Positions 1 to 13,451 of a stretch of 64,000 bases of DNA are shown here, piece by piece (positions within the stretch are counted from its first letter, which is position 1; the number at the start of each line of letters is the position of its first letter). Under the pieces are notes generated by a model that saw nothing but the letters and a program-made list of their open reading frames with translations, was not told where the DNA came from and made no database searches. The stretch spans positions 16,368,001-16,432,000 of the forward strand of contig OZ059897.1 of NCBI GenBank assembly GCA_964057225.1, in the 5' to 3' direction. The translations under genes were made by a program, and so were the position numbers. The DNA is from Auanema rhodensis. Lineage: Eukaryota; Animalia; Nematoda.

Positions 1-254
1 AATATGTATCAGCATCAGAATAGTAATGATTTACTATATTTTCTTTTCCATTCTCAAATCCAGCACGTGCTCTAGAAAAAATCATTTTGCATCAATATAA
101 GAGTTTATTGAATATCTTACATAACTTCTAACCATAATTCTTCACCATATTTTCGTATCATTAATTGTCGAATACTTTCATGTATAAAACCAAACTGAAA
201 TTTAAGTTTTTTTAGCAAATAAAAAATATATGAAAGAAATATAGAACCTACCAT
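1..254 (-). CDS. gcy-36: Soluble guanylyl cyclase, H-NOX domain, 5' part (gene runs off window start)
   Basis: ATG at 254-252 is followed directly by a GTAGGT donor. Exons ~194-121 and ~71-1 splice to [25 protein letters not shown][24 protein letters not shown], near-identical to the N-terminus of C. elegans GCY-36 as recalled. Paralogs gcy-32/34/35/37 are similar. Confidence 0.85.
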
Positions 255-2854
255 CGTTTAGGAAGCTGAATATATGGCAGCTAACACTACTATTCTAATC
301 CATATTCTAACACGCTATTTGATTTTAAAATTCACAACATATAAATCATTTTACATTATGCAATGTGTGTCTTTATAAATGACTTCTAATAGTAATGTCT
401 TCTACCTCAACATATTAATGCAATATTCGCAAGAAACTGAAAAAAAATGGGTGATAAAGATCAGATGAATTAAGTTAGGACACTTTTCTTCAACCGAAAA
501 TGCTTCGCAATAATTAAATAAATAAAATATTTTAATTATTTTTTGGTATTTGGAAAATCTCACGTATTTAAATTTCACGTGAAATTTCATTTGAGATATG
601 TGTAAATTATGGTGATTACTATATAAGTTATTGCTTAAATATAGATTTAATTTATCTTTTATATTTTTTTCGACTCCTTTACCCATTTCTATTAATATTT
701 CGAATAGAACGATTATGTTCTCTATATAAATAAGACAATTTAATATTTTTTAATTCCATATAACAAAGACTTTAAAAATCTATAGTTCACACATAAACTA
801 TAATTTCTTATGTAAAATAGTTCTTTAATCTCTTGTATTATAAATAATTGATTATTTAAAGTATATATCAGAACAAACTATAAATATTTTTATTATATAC
901 TACAAACCTTTTCACATGTTATATTCATTACCTTCGTTACTTATTAACATTCAACATTCTTCTTCTATATCTATTCAATAGCACTCGTTTAACTGATTTC
1001 GGCCATTTTAATTTGAAAAGAATTCACTAGAAGAAGAAAGAAATTAGTTTCTTAAAATAGATGTGCATATATAGGCTGGATAAACTAACGTGCGAAACCC
1101 GAGATTTATAAGTGATGACGATTCAATTCTCTCTTGCACTATGTCTATCTTTAGTAACTAGCTTGCTCTGTCACATTTTGATAGATATACTCTGTTTGGT
1201 TTATTGATATCTGGCTTCTAACATTTTAGTTTAGGCAATATCCGCAATTTCTCAATAAATATCTTAAGTATTTCAATTTGTCTTTTCTAGTTCAATTACT
1301 AGTTACTTGTTCAATATGTTAAAATATATTTTCCTATATTTTAAGAATCAAATTGCAGAAAGAAGTTTCGGTTTTCCTCTTCTCCATCTATTAACAAAGT
1401 CTTTCAAGCCAATTCAATCAAACGGCGACAGATTTGGATCAACTCTCTGCAGAACTTTTCAACATTCAGTAGTAAAAATCATGGCTGACGAGTGAGTTTG
1501 TTATTACTTTTTTTTTTAATTTAAATGAGTGCTGTAAAGAAAAGAAAAGATTCAAATTCAGATATTTTTCGGAAAGAAAATAAAAATTTAATAATCATAA
1601 TATGTGAATGCTGTTCATCATTATACTATGAGAGTAGTTGATTCATGTATGATTATTTCCTTTGAATACAAAGAGTTCATTTTTAAGTTAAATAAATAAT
1701 TAAATCAGTGCCTTATGCTAATCTCAGCAATTCACTATGTGTTTAGAGTTCAGCCTATTTCATCTTATTGATCTCTATTTAGCATAGCACTTTGAGGAAC
1801 TTCTCTTGCATGTCCTTGCTTGCCATCTTTTCCATTCAATTACTTCTTCAAGCTGACTTCAGTTTTGCTAATATTCCCCCATTATTTGCATGCTATCGAA
1901 TCACGATTATATTCAAGAAAAAAGCGGTATAAACGATTCATTCACTTTTGCTTTCCTTGATTTGTACATTTGATTTCTCGACTTTTGCATCTCAGCTTGA
2001 TAATCGGAAGAGACAGCTGTTGACCTTTCTTACAACCTTCAATGTTCTAGTCTGATCATTTTTAACTTTTCTGTTAAGTTGCAAAGACCTTTTCTCTTCA
2101 ACATCAGTTATATCATTTTCAAAATGTTTATTCGCTGCCAAATGTTAGAAATATTTATTTTTTTTTAACGATAAAGGCATCTTAAAAGAAAAATGATAAC
2201 ACTTTTATTGCTTTATGCATTAATATTTAGATTAATCTCATCGATATGTTTTAATTGAAAAATATTATATTATTCAATTTATCTCTTGTAAATTATTCTT
2301 CTCTATTCTATCTTGTTCTCTCAATTTCTGGATCTCTTATATGTGTCTCTCTATCTTCCGCTTTCAGTTATGTTTCCCTAGTTTCCTCTCTTTCTCTCCA
2401 CTTGCTCCATCTCATTCACAATCGAACATTTTTCTTTTTCATTTTGGCACGTAGTCCGAGTATTACAAAGTTGAACATATTCTAAGCTTTATCTCATCAG
2501 TTTTCGATTTTGCAATTTCAGAATATCCTTGTACTCAGCTAAATCTATTCGTATTCAATATTTTTCATTTTATTTTTTCTCAAACTTCACAAATGGTAGT
2601 TCATCCATCGGTTTCCTTTTTATATTTTTATTGATTTCCGGGAGAATAGAGTTTTCAGAGGGCAAAATGACCTCTATAAGTAAACCAGTTAATTCAGCGC
2701 AAACATTCAGTATAACGTCAGTGTTTCACAATTCTCAATATCACTTTCTAAATTATCTTGTTCTTTTACATGGCATGTTTTTCAAATTTCTCTCATTGTT
2801 ATATGCAAAAAAAGAATGATCAGTGTTTTAAGTGCGTTATTGAAATAGTTCAGA

Positions 2855-4259
<1,405 letters not shown>

Positions 4260-4496
4260 AAATATTGCATGCTTTTTTTCAAAATATCTTTTACGATAAT
4301 TCCATGCTAATAGTTCTTGTCTTCTAGTATAATACTTAATATTCTGCGTAATAAGTATAGATATCGAGCATTTATAAAAATATGAATAACTATTTTAAAT
4401 AAATTTATAACAAGAACCAATTGTCCTCGTTCTTCAGTATTCAAATAAGCTTTACAACATTGAAAAATGTAATATAAAAAATAATCACTATAATTA

Positions 4497-5011
4497 TTAT
4501 CCGAAAACTCTTCTTCCAAAACCACGGACGGCACCTACGCCTCTCCTGCCAGCCCTTCTAGCTCCACCGGACAATCTTCTACCTGCTCTCCTTGCAGCTC
4601 CTGCTCCTCTTCTTCCAGCTCTTCTTGCAGCTCCAAAAGCTCTTCTGCCACCTCTTCTTGCAGCTCCAAAAGCTCTTCTTCCAGCTCTTCTTGCAGCTCC
4701 AAAAGCTCTTCTAACAGCTCTTCTTGCCACCCTATGTGTCTCCCCAAATCCTTGATCATCAAAACTATCGGCAATATCAAGCAAATCGCTCTCCCCTTGT
4801 CTGGTCATGCCAAAAGCCCTCTTTTCACGATAACCTATTGCCCTATCTCTACAATAAGCAAAATAAGTTAATATTTTTCCTAACTGTTGAAAACATTAAT
4901 TTATGTTACTTACTCATGATTGTGATTATCGGAAGTTTCTCCTAATGGCATGGCATGAGAATATATTAGAAAGCTTAGCAAGGCACACGGAATAAAAATA
5001 TTCAAGTGCAT
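4497..5011 (-). CDS. Secreted 149-aa precursor with acidic pro-region and Arg/Ala/Gly-rich 11-mer repeat domain (putative cationic antimicrobial peptide)
   Basis: Exon 1 5011-4914 (MHLNIFIPCALLSFLIYSHAMPLGETSDNHNH, signal peptide-like) ends at a GTAAGT donor. After a TTGTAG acceptor, exon 2 4848-4497 continues in frame: DRAIGYREKR-AFGMTRQGESDLLDIADSFDDQGFGETH-RVARRAV(RRAFGAARRAG)n...RRVFG*. A TATATAA lies ~80 nt upstream. Confidence 0.85.
4510..4730. repeat. 33-bp coding tandem repeat (~6 degenerate units)
   Basis: Unit ~AGCTCTTCTTGCAGCTCCAAAAGCTCTTCTTCC on the + strand; encodes RRAFGAARRAG on the - strand. Confidence 0.9.
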
Positions 5012-6513
5012 GATTCAAGATATCCAGCGAATACAAGAGTACTGACTGACCAATAAATATAAGTTAATAATACCATCGTCTTTCATTCCTTATATATTAT
5101 TTAGTAGAGTAAATAGGGAAACAGTAATAGGTCAACAGTACTGCAACGAAGTATCTAGAACAGCTCTTTCCCGAATACGTTGATGTAAATGGTACATTTA
5201 TTCATATTAAGTACAATGACTTGAAAACAGATGCAGGATTGCTGATTAAACTTCTACAGTTGCCTAAAGTGAAAAGTTTAAGTAATTAGAATCACGCTAT
5301 AACATTAGATCATAGTAAGTTCCAATTTTAAAATATTTATTTGCAATTTCAATCAACCCAAAAAGAACATGTGAGCAAAACAGGTATACCTTGACTGCTA
5401 AACGAAGTAACAATTACCGGATCACAACGTAATTCTAAAAAAAATACAACAGGCACTGGTAATAAAAAAAGATTCTGTCATTAAGAAAAGAGAAGGAAAA
5501 CGGTGAGAAGCTAGCTAAAACTTTGTTGAATAACTCTGTTATGCTCACTTATCTTAGTGTTATTATTTGAAAATTCTTCAAAAGTGTGACAGACATTTTA
5601 TCAACATGCGACTTTATAAAGGAATAGAAAGAACTTGAGATCAAAATGCTGTACACTAAACTTAGCGTTCAATATTGTTTTTAGACTGGTGCTCATTCTT
5701 TGTTCTCATGAAATTGTCAAAGGATTCCTTATTCATTTTTGTAAAGTTTTCATCTTTCACCTTCAAAAGGTGAATTCATTAAGATAATAGAAACTATTAT
5801 TGAAAATACCATTTCATTCGCTTCTCGAATTGTCAAACTACTCACAACAAGATCAAAAGAATTAAGACTTGAGTTTATTATCAACATTTGAGGTTCGGCT
5901 GAATCATGCGCGTAGAAAGTGTCAAGAAATTTAAGTATAGACTAAATTAAAACAGTAATTTCTCAAAAATCATCATATAAATTACCTCCGCCGATTTCCT
6001 ACCATTAGTTATTTTTGTATTATTTCTTTCCATATTTCGTACATCACGAGAACTCATGATCGACCGGTATTTGACAAAGAGAAGCAAGAAATAAATGCAA
6101 CGCTCTAAGCCCCTCATTGTTTTTATCAAGTTCTACTTTAACATGATTTTAAATAAATTATAATATTTCTAAATCGAGCATTATCGAAATACAATCAAGT
6201 ACTAGCGAGCCATCCCGTTGAACAAAGGTTCTGTTAAATGGCGGGACGTTCAAACACACCACTCCCGCGCTGCGCATCAGCTCATTCACAACTGTGATAC
6301 GCAGACTGCATATAGAACATACATGTTCTCTGTTTAGGCTAACGTTATACCTTTTTCAAACAATTTTATAATGTACTATTTATGATTAAATGTTTTAAGG
6401 GTTTTTTTTAATATTTTAGGTTTTTCGTATATCGTAAACAGTTTAGCATATGTTGCTTATTGTTGTAAACTGTTTTATTTATATAGATTTGTATTTTAGG
6501 GTAACCAGTTAAA

Positions 6514-7142
6514 ATGGCGGATGAACATCACGATGATGATCAGTTCCACACCGGAGAGTCTGGAGCTGCCGCTACTTTCCCCAAGCAATGCTCTGCTCTT
6601 CGTAAGAACGAGCATGTTATGATCAAGGGACGCCCATGCAAGGTTTTTAGATATTCTATTTTAAATACTCTAATTATGTTATATTGCAGATTGTTGAAAT
6701 GAGTACTTCCAAGACAGGAAAGCACGGTCACGCTAAGGTTCACTTGGTTGCTCTTGACATCTTCACCAACAAGAAACTTGAAGATATCTGCCCATCCACC
6801 CATAACATGGATGTTCCAGTAGTAAAGCGTCGCGAGTATTTGGTTCGTTTTGACATATTTTTTAGCATTTTTTATTTTACATTTTTAGCTCATGTCCATC
6901 GAAGAAGACGGTTTCTGCAGTCTTATGGATCCCGAAACCTGCGATACTAAGGATGACCTTAAGATCCCAGACGGAGGAGATCTTGGAAACCAAATCAGAG
7001 AGGCCCTTAACAAGGACGAGGGATCTGTCTTGGTATAATATAGATATAAGCAATAATATAATTGTCTTTTTTCTAGCTCACAGTTGTTTCTGCTTGCGGA
7101 GAAGAAGCTATTCTCGCATTTAAGATTTCTACCAAGGACTAA
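6514..7142 (+). CDS. iff-2: Translation factor eIF5A (4 exons)
   Basis: Hypusine motif [12 protein letters not shown], plus GRPCK and [15 protein letters not shown]-terminus [11 protein letters not shown] and C-terminus ISTKD* resemble C. elegans IFF-2 as recalled. A TTTTAG acceptor just upstream of the ATG is a probable trans-splice site. Confidence 0.93.
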
Positions 7143-8268
7143 ATTTGTCTACCAAGCAGTTGGCGAAAATTGTTGCTTGTTGAAAGTAAATCATGTTTTC
7201 ATTTTTTTCTTCAAAATAAACATTATCATAAACATACAAAATAGGTATTTAAGACAATGGAGGGGTATCTTATTGATTTTATAATTTATTTTTTTTTGCT
7301 GGGGGTAATTCAGAAAGATACGGTCAACTGATAACGATTGAACTAAAGCTTGAAAACAATTTCGGTGGGAGCGTTTTGTTTGATTATTCACCTGTGCAGT
7401 GTATTTATTGGTAAACTTTCTGGGAGTTCTGCTCCCGATTAAGGGTAATGTGATTTTCGTTTAGAATGGACTATTATCGTGTTCTTTTAAGAGGTTGTAT
7501 TAGGGATTCATGCCGAGCGATCCAATTGTATCACGGAAATTATTGAGCACAAGAGTTTGTGTCAGCTCGTTAACATGCTCTGTGGGATGGAAAGAAAGGG
7601 GGAAGAAGAGAAGAGTACAGCGCATTCTCTTTGAGACCATACATCAAGTAGCTATGCGATTGAGTATTCTGTCTCGATTCTAAATCTTCAGTCGCAGTTT
7701 TAAATCTGAGTTAGTAACGTTAACATATCATATGATGGATTTCGTCAGTCATAAAAGGTTTTCATGCTAAGTTTAGCTTTTTGGCTTCGTTAAGTTGTCA
7801 CCGTGTTGCAATTTCTCTTAATTACTTATAAGTCACCAGATTTTCTTCGTCATCTAGCCGTTTAAGCAATTTTATTGCGGGAATTAGTTAAGATTTTCGA
7901 CAGCTTTAAACTAGTTCTGCTAGTTCGGCTATTGACCTTCTTGGTACATTTCAATTTTTGCTCTGTAACCTGTTGATATTTCTATTGACCCTTTCAAGTG
8001 TTTATAGAATAGGTCTTGTATAGTTTCTGTGCATACTTAGCTTGATCATCTTCATAGTTGAAATACGCAAAACAGGATATGGGAGCTTGCATTTCTCTTG
8101 TCTTTCTTATTTTAGAGATGTTTTTTTCCTTTACATGTCGTTTTTGAGAAGTTATCTATATTAAATATACGAAATTAACCTGTTGTTTTTATGCTTTTCT
8201 ATTCTTTAAATTTTTTTATCTTGTACAGGTTTGTATAATAAAGGCTTTTATTAGATTGGTTCATAATT

Positions 8269-11200
8269 ATGGTATCTAAACAGAGACTTAGTCTACGGAC
8301 CCCACGCGAAGCCAAGGGTAAGTATTTTTGTTTATTTTTTTAAAATCAATTTCTTTCAATTTTATTCGCATATTTTGACCAATTTTCCGAATTTCATCGG
8401 ACTACTGTAATTGAAAACTTCTTTTCTTAATTTATCTTCTCCAGCTCATTGTATACTTCTAAAATTAACACATGTCTTCTTCTCGCAGAATACAAAATAG
8501 AAACACAACTTCTTCAAGTATGTTTCAAAAACTTTCCTAAAAAATTGTTGAGAGACTCTGACTTCCGCATGGAATCATGGTGTCAACTACATGAATGCCT
8601 TGAAATTCAGGACGAAAATCACAATTTGATTTCTTGGTCCGGCCGTTGGTCATAGTAAAAAGATCCATCTATTTCTGAATGTCTTCGTAGTCAAATATAA
8701 TTTTCGGACTTAGATCCCGTTTAATCTTCTTTCGTTTCAAACCATTCCCTCTTTTTTTTAATTTCTTAAACATCAAACATTTTTCACAAAACTGATGTAG
8801 GTCTTGATCATTTTCTGATGTTATCTAAACATTATTTCATATAGTTTATTAAGTTACTCAACTATTTTTGATTTTTGAAGTTGATCGTTTTTAACATTGT
8901 AATGTTTTCTATCGGCCAAAAATTTGAAATAGACTAGCTTTTCAATAAACTTCTCGTTTTGCAACACTGTTCTCCAATATATTCCCTCAATTATGTTATG
9001 TTGTGAGTGACATTTCCATTTTTTTGGTGTATATATATAACATAATGATCTCAAAGTTGAAAGCTCAAGCTCTTATAATGTTCATCAGTTTACGAGAGTA
9101 CTACCTCTCACTCCCAGAGAGAATAAAACATCAAAAACTCTGGATTTGAATGTATCGCAGTTTGTCAACTTTAAACGTTCATAAATGCCACAAAATTGCG
9201 ATATCCTCAGAGCTCGAATCTTCTCCAATAGAGAAGAAGAGAAAAGACGAAAATCTCTGTAATTGCTTGTCGTGATTTTCTTCGAATAGCTATAGACATT
9301 GTTAAAAACGTTTTCTTGCTTTATTGAAGTGAAAAAGTTTTTCTTATCTTATTGATGAGTTTTAATTTTCTAATTGTTTTTGTATGTAAAAATCATTGAC
9401 TTTAGAATATATAACAGAAATATATATATATTCCATATTTATTCATTCAAAAATATATTTTTGTTATCTCAAATAAAACAAAAGATATTTCTTATCCCAA
9501 TTTTTTTTTCAAATTATTACTATATTATTACAAATATACCTCCCTTTTTCTTATAATTATATGAATTTCCTGAAGAGTTGGATAAAAATAATTTCTATAA
9601 CTTGCTCTTATAATTTATTTTCATCTGAATCTTTGAGAACAAACCTAATACTTTATGCTGTCTTCGAAGTTTAGAATTTTCAATTTTTCAAAGTTCTCAG
9701 CTCATTTGTCTTTCGCTTGATTCGTAACTTAAACTAGGAAGTTGTGTCAACTTGCAAAAAGAATTATCCAATTAAAGATGTGATAAACGTTTTCTTTAGA
9801 TGTACATATAAATAGAAAAATTCTTCTATAAATAGCTGAATGCCCTCCTTTATGATGAGCATGAATGCTACTCCAAAAGACTATATAATCGTTACCTCGA
9901 TATTCGGCATATTTTTGTTTACGGCCTACTTCTCTTCTCTAAAGGCCTTGAAACGGAGAGGAGGAGTAGACAAAAACCGACCTGACAACTAGTCTGGTGC
10001 TCATTCTGGTACTTATTCTGATGCATATACTTGCAAAGCTCAGTAACAGGTAATAGAATGGAGCATAATTTGTGATTTTCATCTGTTCAAGTTCATATAC
10101 CAAATTATTGTTCAATATAGTTGTTGGAAGTTTCCAATTGTATTCATAGATAGTTATCACTAATTGTTAAAGTTGCCTTTTCACCACGGAAATACTTACT
10201 AAATTGATGTTCGATTTTTGGTCATTTTCATGTTTCAGAGGATCGGTTTTCTAGATATATCTAAATTGATCTGTAGATTTAAGAAAGAAGAAGCTATCTT
10301 AGAGTGGATAGGTCATGTAATCCAGCTCTTCTGCTCTTCTTCTGCTCCTTCTTTTATTTTTATTTTTATTCTTCTCCTTTTTCGTCTTTTTTTCTTCTTT
10401 ATTCCATTCTTCCCTCTCTCAAATGCAAGATTTTTTACTCACAAAGATTATCGTGATTTTGGTCTTCACCACCAACCATTTTCACTCCTTTTTTTCAAAA
10501 TGTTTTTTCTTAATTAATTTAATTTTGAGAATATAAAGAGAAAAAATAAATTGATCATTTCTTTCTCTGTTTCTTTATTGTCAAAATACCTCCCAGTTCG
10601 TTTCTTTCTTGTGAAGGTTTTCTAGTTAGGTGCGCTGGGTCTAAACTAGTATTGTGTTCTTACCTTTTTCTTTTTTTTTCGTTTAAAGTCAAACCTAAAT
10701 AGTCTATATAAATCTTAATCCTTTTTGTATCAATAAGAATTTTATTTTATTTCACGGAATCTAAGTTTATTCCAAAAATTAAAAAAGTTTTAGTCAAATT
10801 TGGAAAAGTTTCTATGCACTTACTATGCACGCATTCAGTCCCAGTTGTCTAAAAGTGGTCAAGCAATGTTTTTTTCACAATCTTTCTCTGCTTATGCAGA
10901 TTTGAGGTTGAACCCTGATATTTAAAATATTGATTTATTCATCTGTTCTAAATTATTGGTGAATGTACTTACATGTTCTTTCTTATCCCTCAGTACCTTT
11001 CTATTCATCAGAATTCTCTTTATATCTCCGTCCCTCTCTCTAACAGCATCTCTCATTTTCCTTAACTTGTTCTCCAAACTTTTTCGTATTTTTTCGTTGT
11101 CATCTCTTTTCTACAGCTTCCGTCGCCCTTGTTGTCTCTCCTTCCCTTATACAACATTCTTATCCTCTCCAACGTTTTACTCCGTAAATTGGACTCTGCA

Positions 11201-13420
11201 AATGCTTAGAAGATGAAGGTTGATTTCTTTGCATCCTTCTATTTTATTTATGCATATCTTTTTATTACCAAAGAAAACCTTTTTTTCTTCTCCCAGCTGT
11301 TTTTCCTTATTCCGGTTATTTATCTAATGTCTGAATATAATTTTTTTGTATGTTTTCTTTTAGTAAATCCGATCTTTTCCCTATTTTTTGTAACTTCTGT
11401 TAAGTCGTTTTCACTCTTTTTTGCTTTTCCTTATTTTACATTCTACCAATACATTTTTTGGAATAAGCAACAAAAGGAGACAAAATGGCAAAATAAAACA
11501 ATACAATTTGAATGATACTTCGTCTTTAGACTAATAAACAAAACCATTAAACAGTATTCCTTTATTGCAATTTCGTGTCTTCTTTATTTTCATTCATTCC
11601 ATTTTTTGCTTTTTCCTTCTTATCTTCTTTCTTTACAATAACCTAATCTTCAAAGAAACGCTTATTGTGATTCATCTCAGAATCCTTAAAATTTCAAAAA
11701 TCGTTTATTCTTAAAGTCACGAGTGTAAGCAACATCCAATATTGGTTTCATATTTTGTTTTGATTGCTATTCAATACAAAATCCTTTTTTTCTTTATACA
11801 TGGTTCATTTCCTTTTCCGTTATGTTTTTTTCCACATAAGACACACATTTATTTTTCAGTTCATATATCTAAAGGCAGAGTAAGAATGAGAAGAGATATA
11901 CAGATAGATAGCAAAACGAAGTATAGGGTATGAGAGTGAGATTGAGAGGAACAAAAAAAGTTATATAAGAAGAATAAAAAATATTACAAAATCTCCAAAA
12001 AATTGGGAAATAATATTTCAAAGTCATTTGAGTTTTTTTATGTCACAATTAATAACTTTAGTCAACAAATGGAAATACAAATATATCTAAGAAAAATGGG
12101 TATTGCTTCTAAAGAAACCGAAATTTACATTTATAATATGTCTGTTTGGGATCTTTTTGTCTTTCCAACTCTTTGAATTCAACTTCATGTCATTTGGGAT
12201 CTTCAGATGACGTCATGCTACGTGGATGTTACTCGAGAGAATTATAATCTCCTCGAATTCCATGTACTTTCCAATTGGTATTAGAATGAGTTGCTTCCTA
12301 GATAATGTGTCAAGAAAGTACAAAAAAAATGTGAAAAGACAAGTTGAAGACAATATTTTTGAATAGATCCATTCATGAAAATAATAATAAATTTTAAATA
12401 ACATTAAGCGGAAGAAACTTTAAACGCGTTCATGGAGATTAATACTAGAACACAAAGACTTTCAGTAATTTTCGACCTTTCCTCGGATTTGAATGAAAAG
12501 CTTCAGAACAACATAAATTTGTTTTGTTAATTTATACTTGATCTACTATAATAGTAAAACATGAATATTTTGAAAGAGATACGATAAAAATATGTGTGAC
12601 TGAAAGTAACGAATGAGTAAGAAACCACTTCGTACGCTCATAAATTGTCAGTAGAATAGCCAACGCTTTCTGAATCTCAAACTTCTAGTCTCATTCACAA
12701 CTATCGCCAGTTTCATCTCTTATTTTGAATCAAAGAAGTTTTCTGTTACTCTTGTTTGTTTTTTTTTAAATTTTCTCTGATTTCAGGAGACATTTCTTTG
12801 TTTTTTCTTATGTACTATTAGCTCATGATGTCTTCGTCATGATCATCATACCCTTTCTCTTCACATGTTATTCCATCCCTTTCTTTTACTTTTTCAGTAT
12901 ATATTTCTTATTTTTTTCTCTTATTCTATCGTTCTCTCCTTATTTTTTTGAATATTGAACTAACTAAATAGAATATCGGATTGTCAGTTTCCTTTAATAG
13001 TGTGTAATTGAGAATGCTGTATGTATTTTCTACATTCAATAAATAGTATGATAGACCCTGCAGACTAAAAAGATTAGACCACCATTTATTCTGAAATGAT
13101 TGGACAAACCTTCTCTGATCGAAAGCGAGGAAGATTGAATGAAAGTAGTGTTTAAGTCGGATAAAAAGAAAATTTAAGACGGATTGATCATATCATGAGT
13201 AGTCATTACATATTCGTTATGATAAAACAAAATATATTATATATTATTATAAATTTTATAACATTAAATGTAATATTTAGAAATTAAAAAAATTTAATGA
13301 ATTAAAAATAAATTAATGAAATAGTTTCAAAATATAATTCATATATTATTCCATTTGTTCTATTCTTAGAAATAATTTTTTATGAATCGTATAACATGAA
13401 CAATAAACGAAAGCTGAAAA

Positions 13421-13451
<31 letters not shown>

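Noticed and set aside
402-2819. ORF-track ORFs 402-686, 2255-2485 and 2529-2819
   Set aside because: Phe/Leu/Ile/Lys-rich translations typical of AT-rich non-coding DNA, with no motifs or splice support.
4510-4730. 33-bp periodic repeat as a CRISPR-like array or satellite
   Set aside because: No unique spacers, eukaryotic context, and in-frame coding with synonymous-type variation.
9939-11933. Hydrophobic ORFs and an exon-like segment (~9945-10049) inside globin intron 1
   Set aside because: The ORFs are pyrimidine-tract artefacts. The exon-like segment has stops in all three + frames and its donor phase does not fit the next globin exon.
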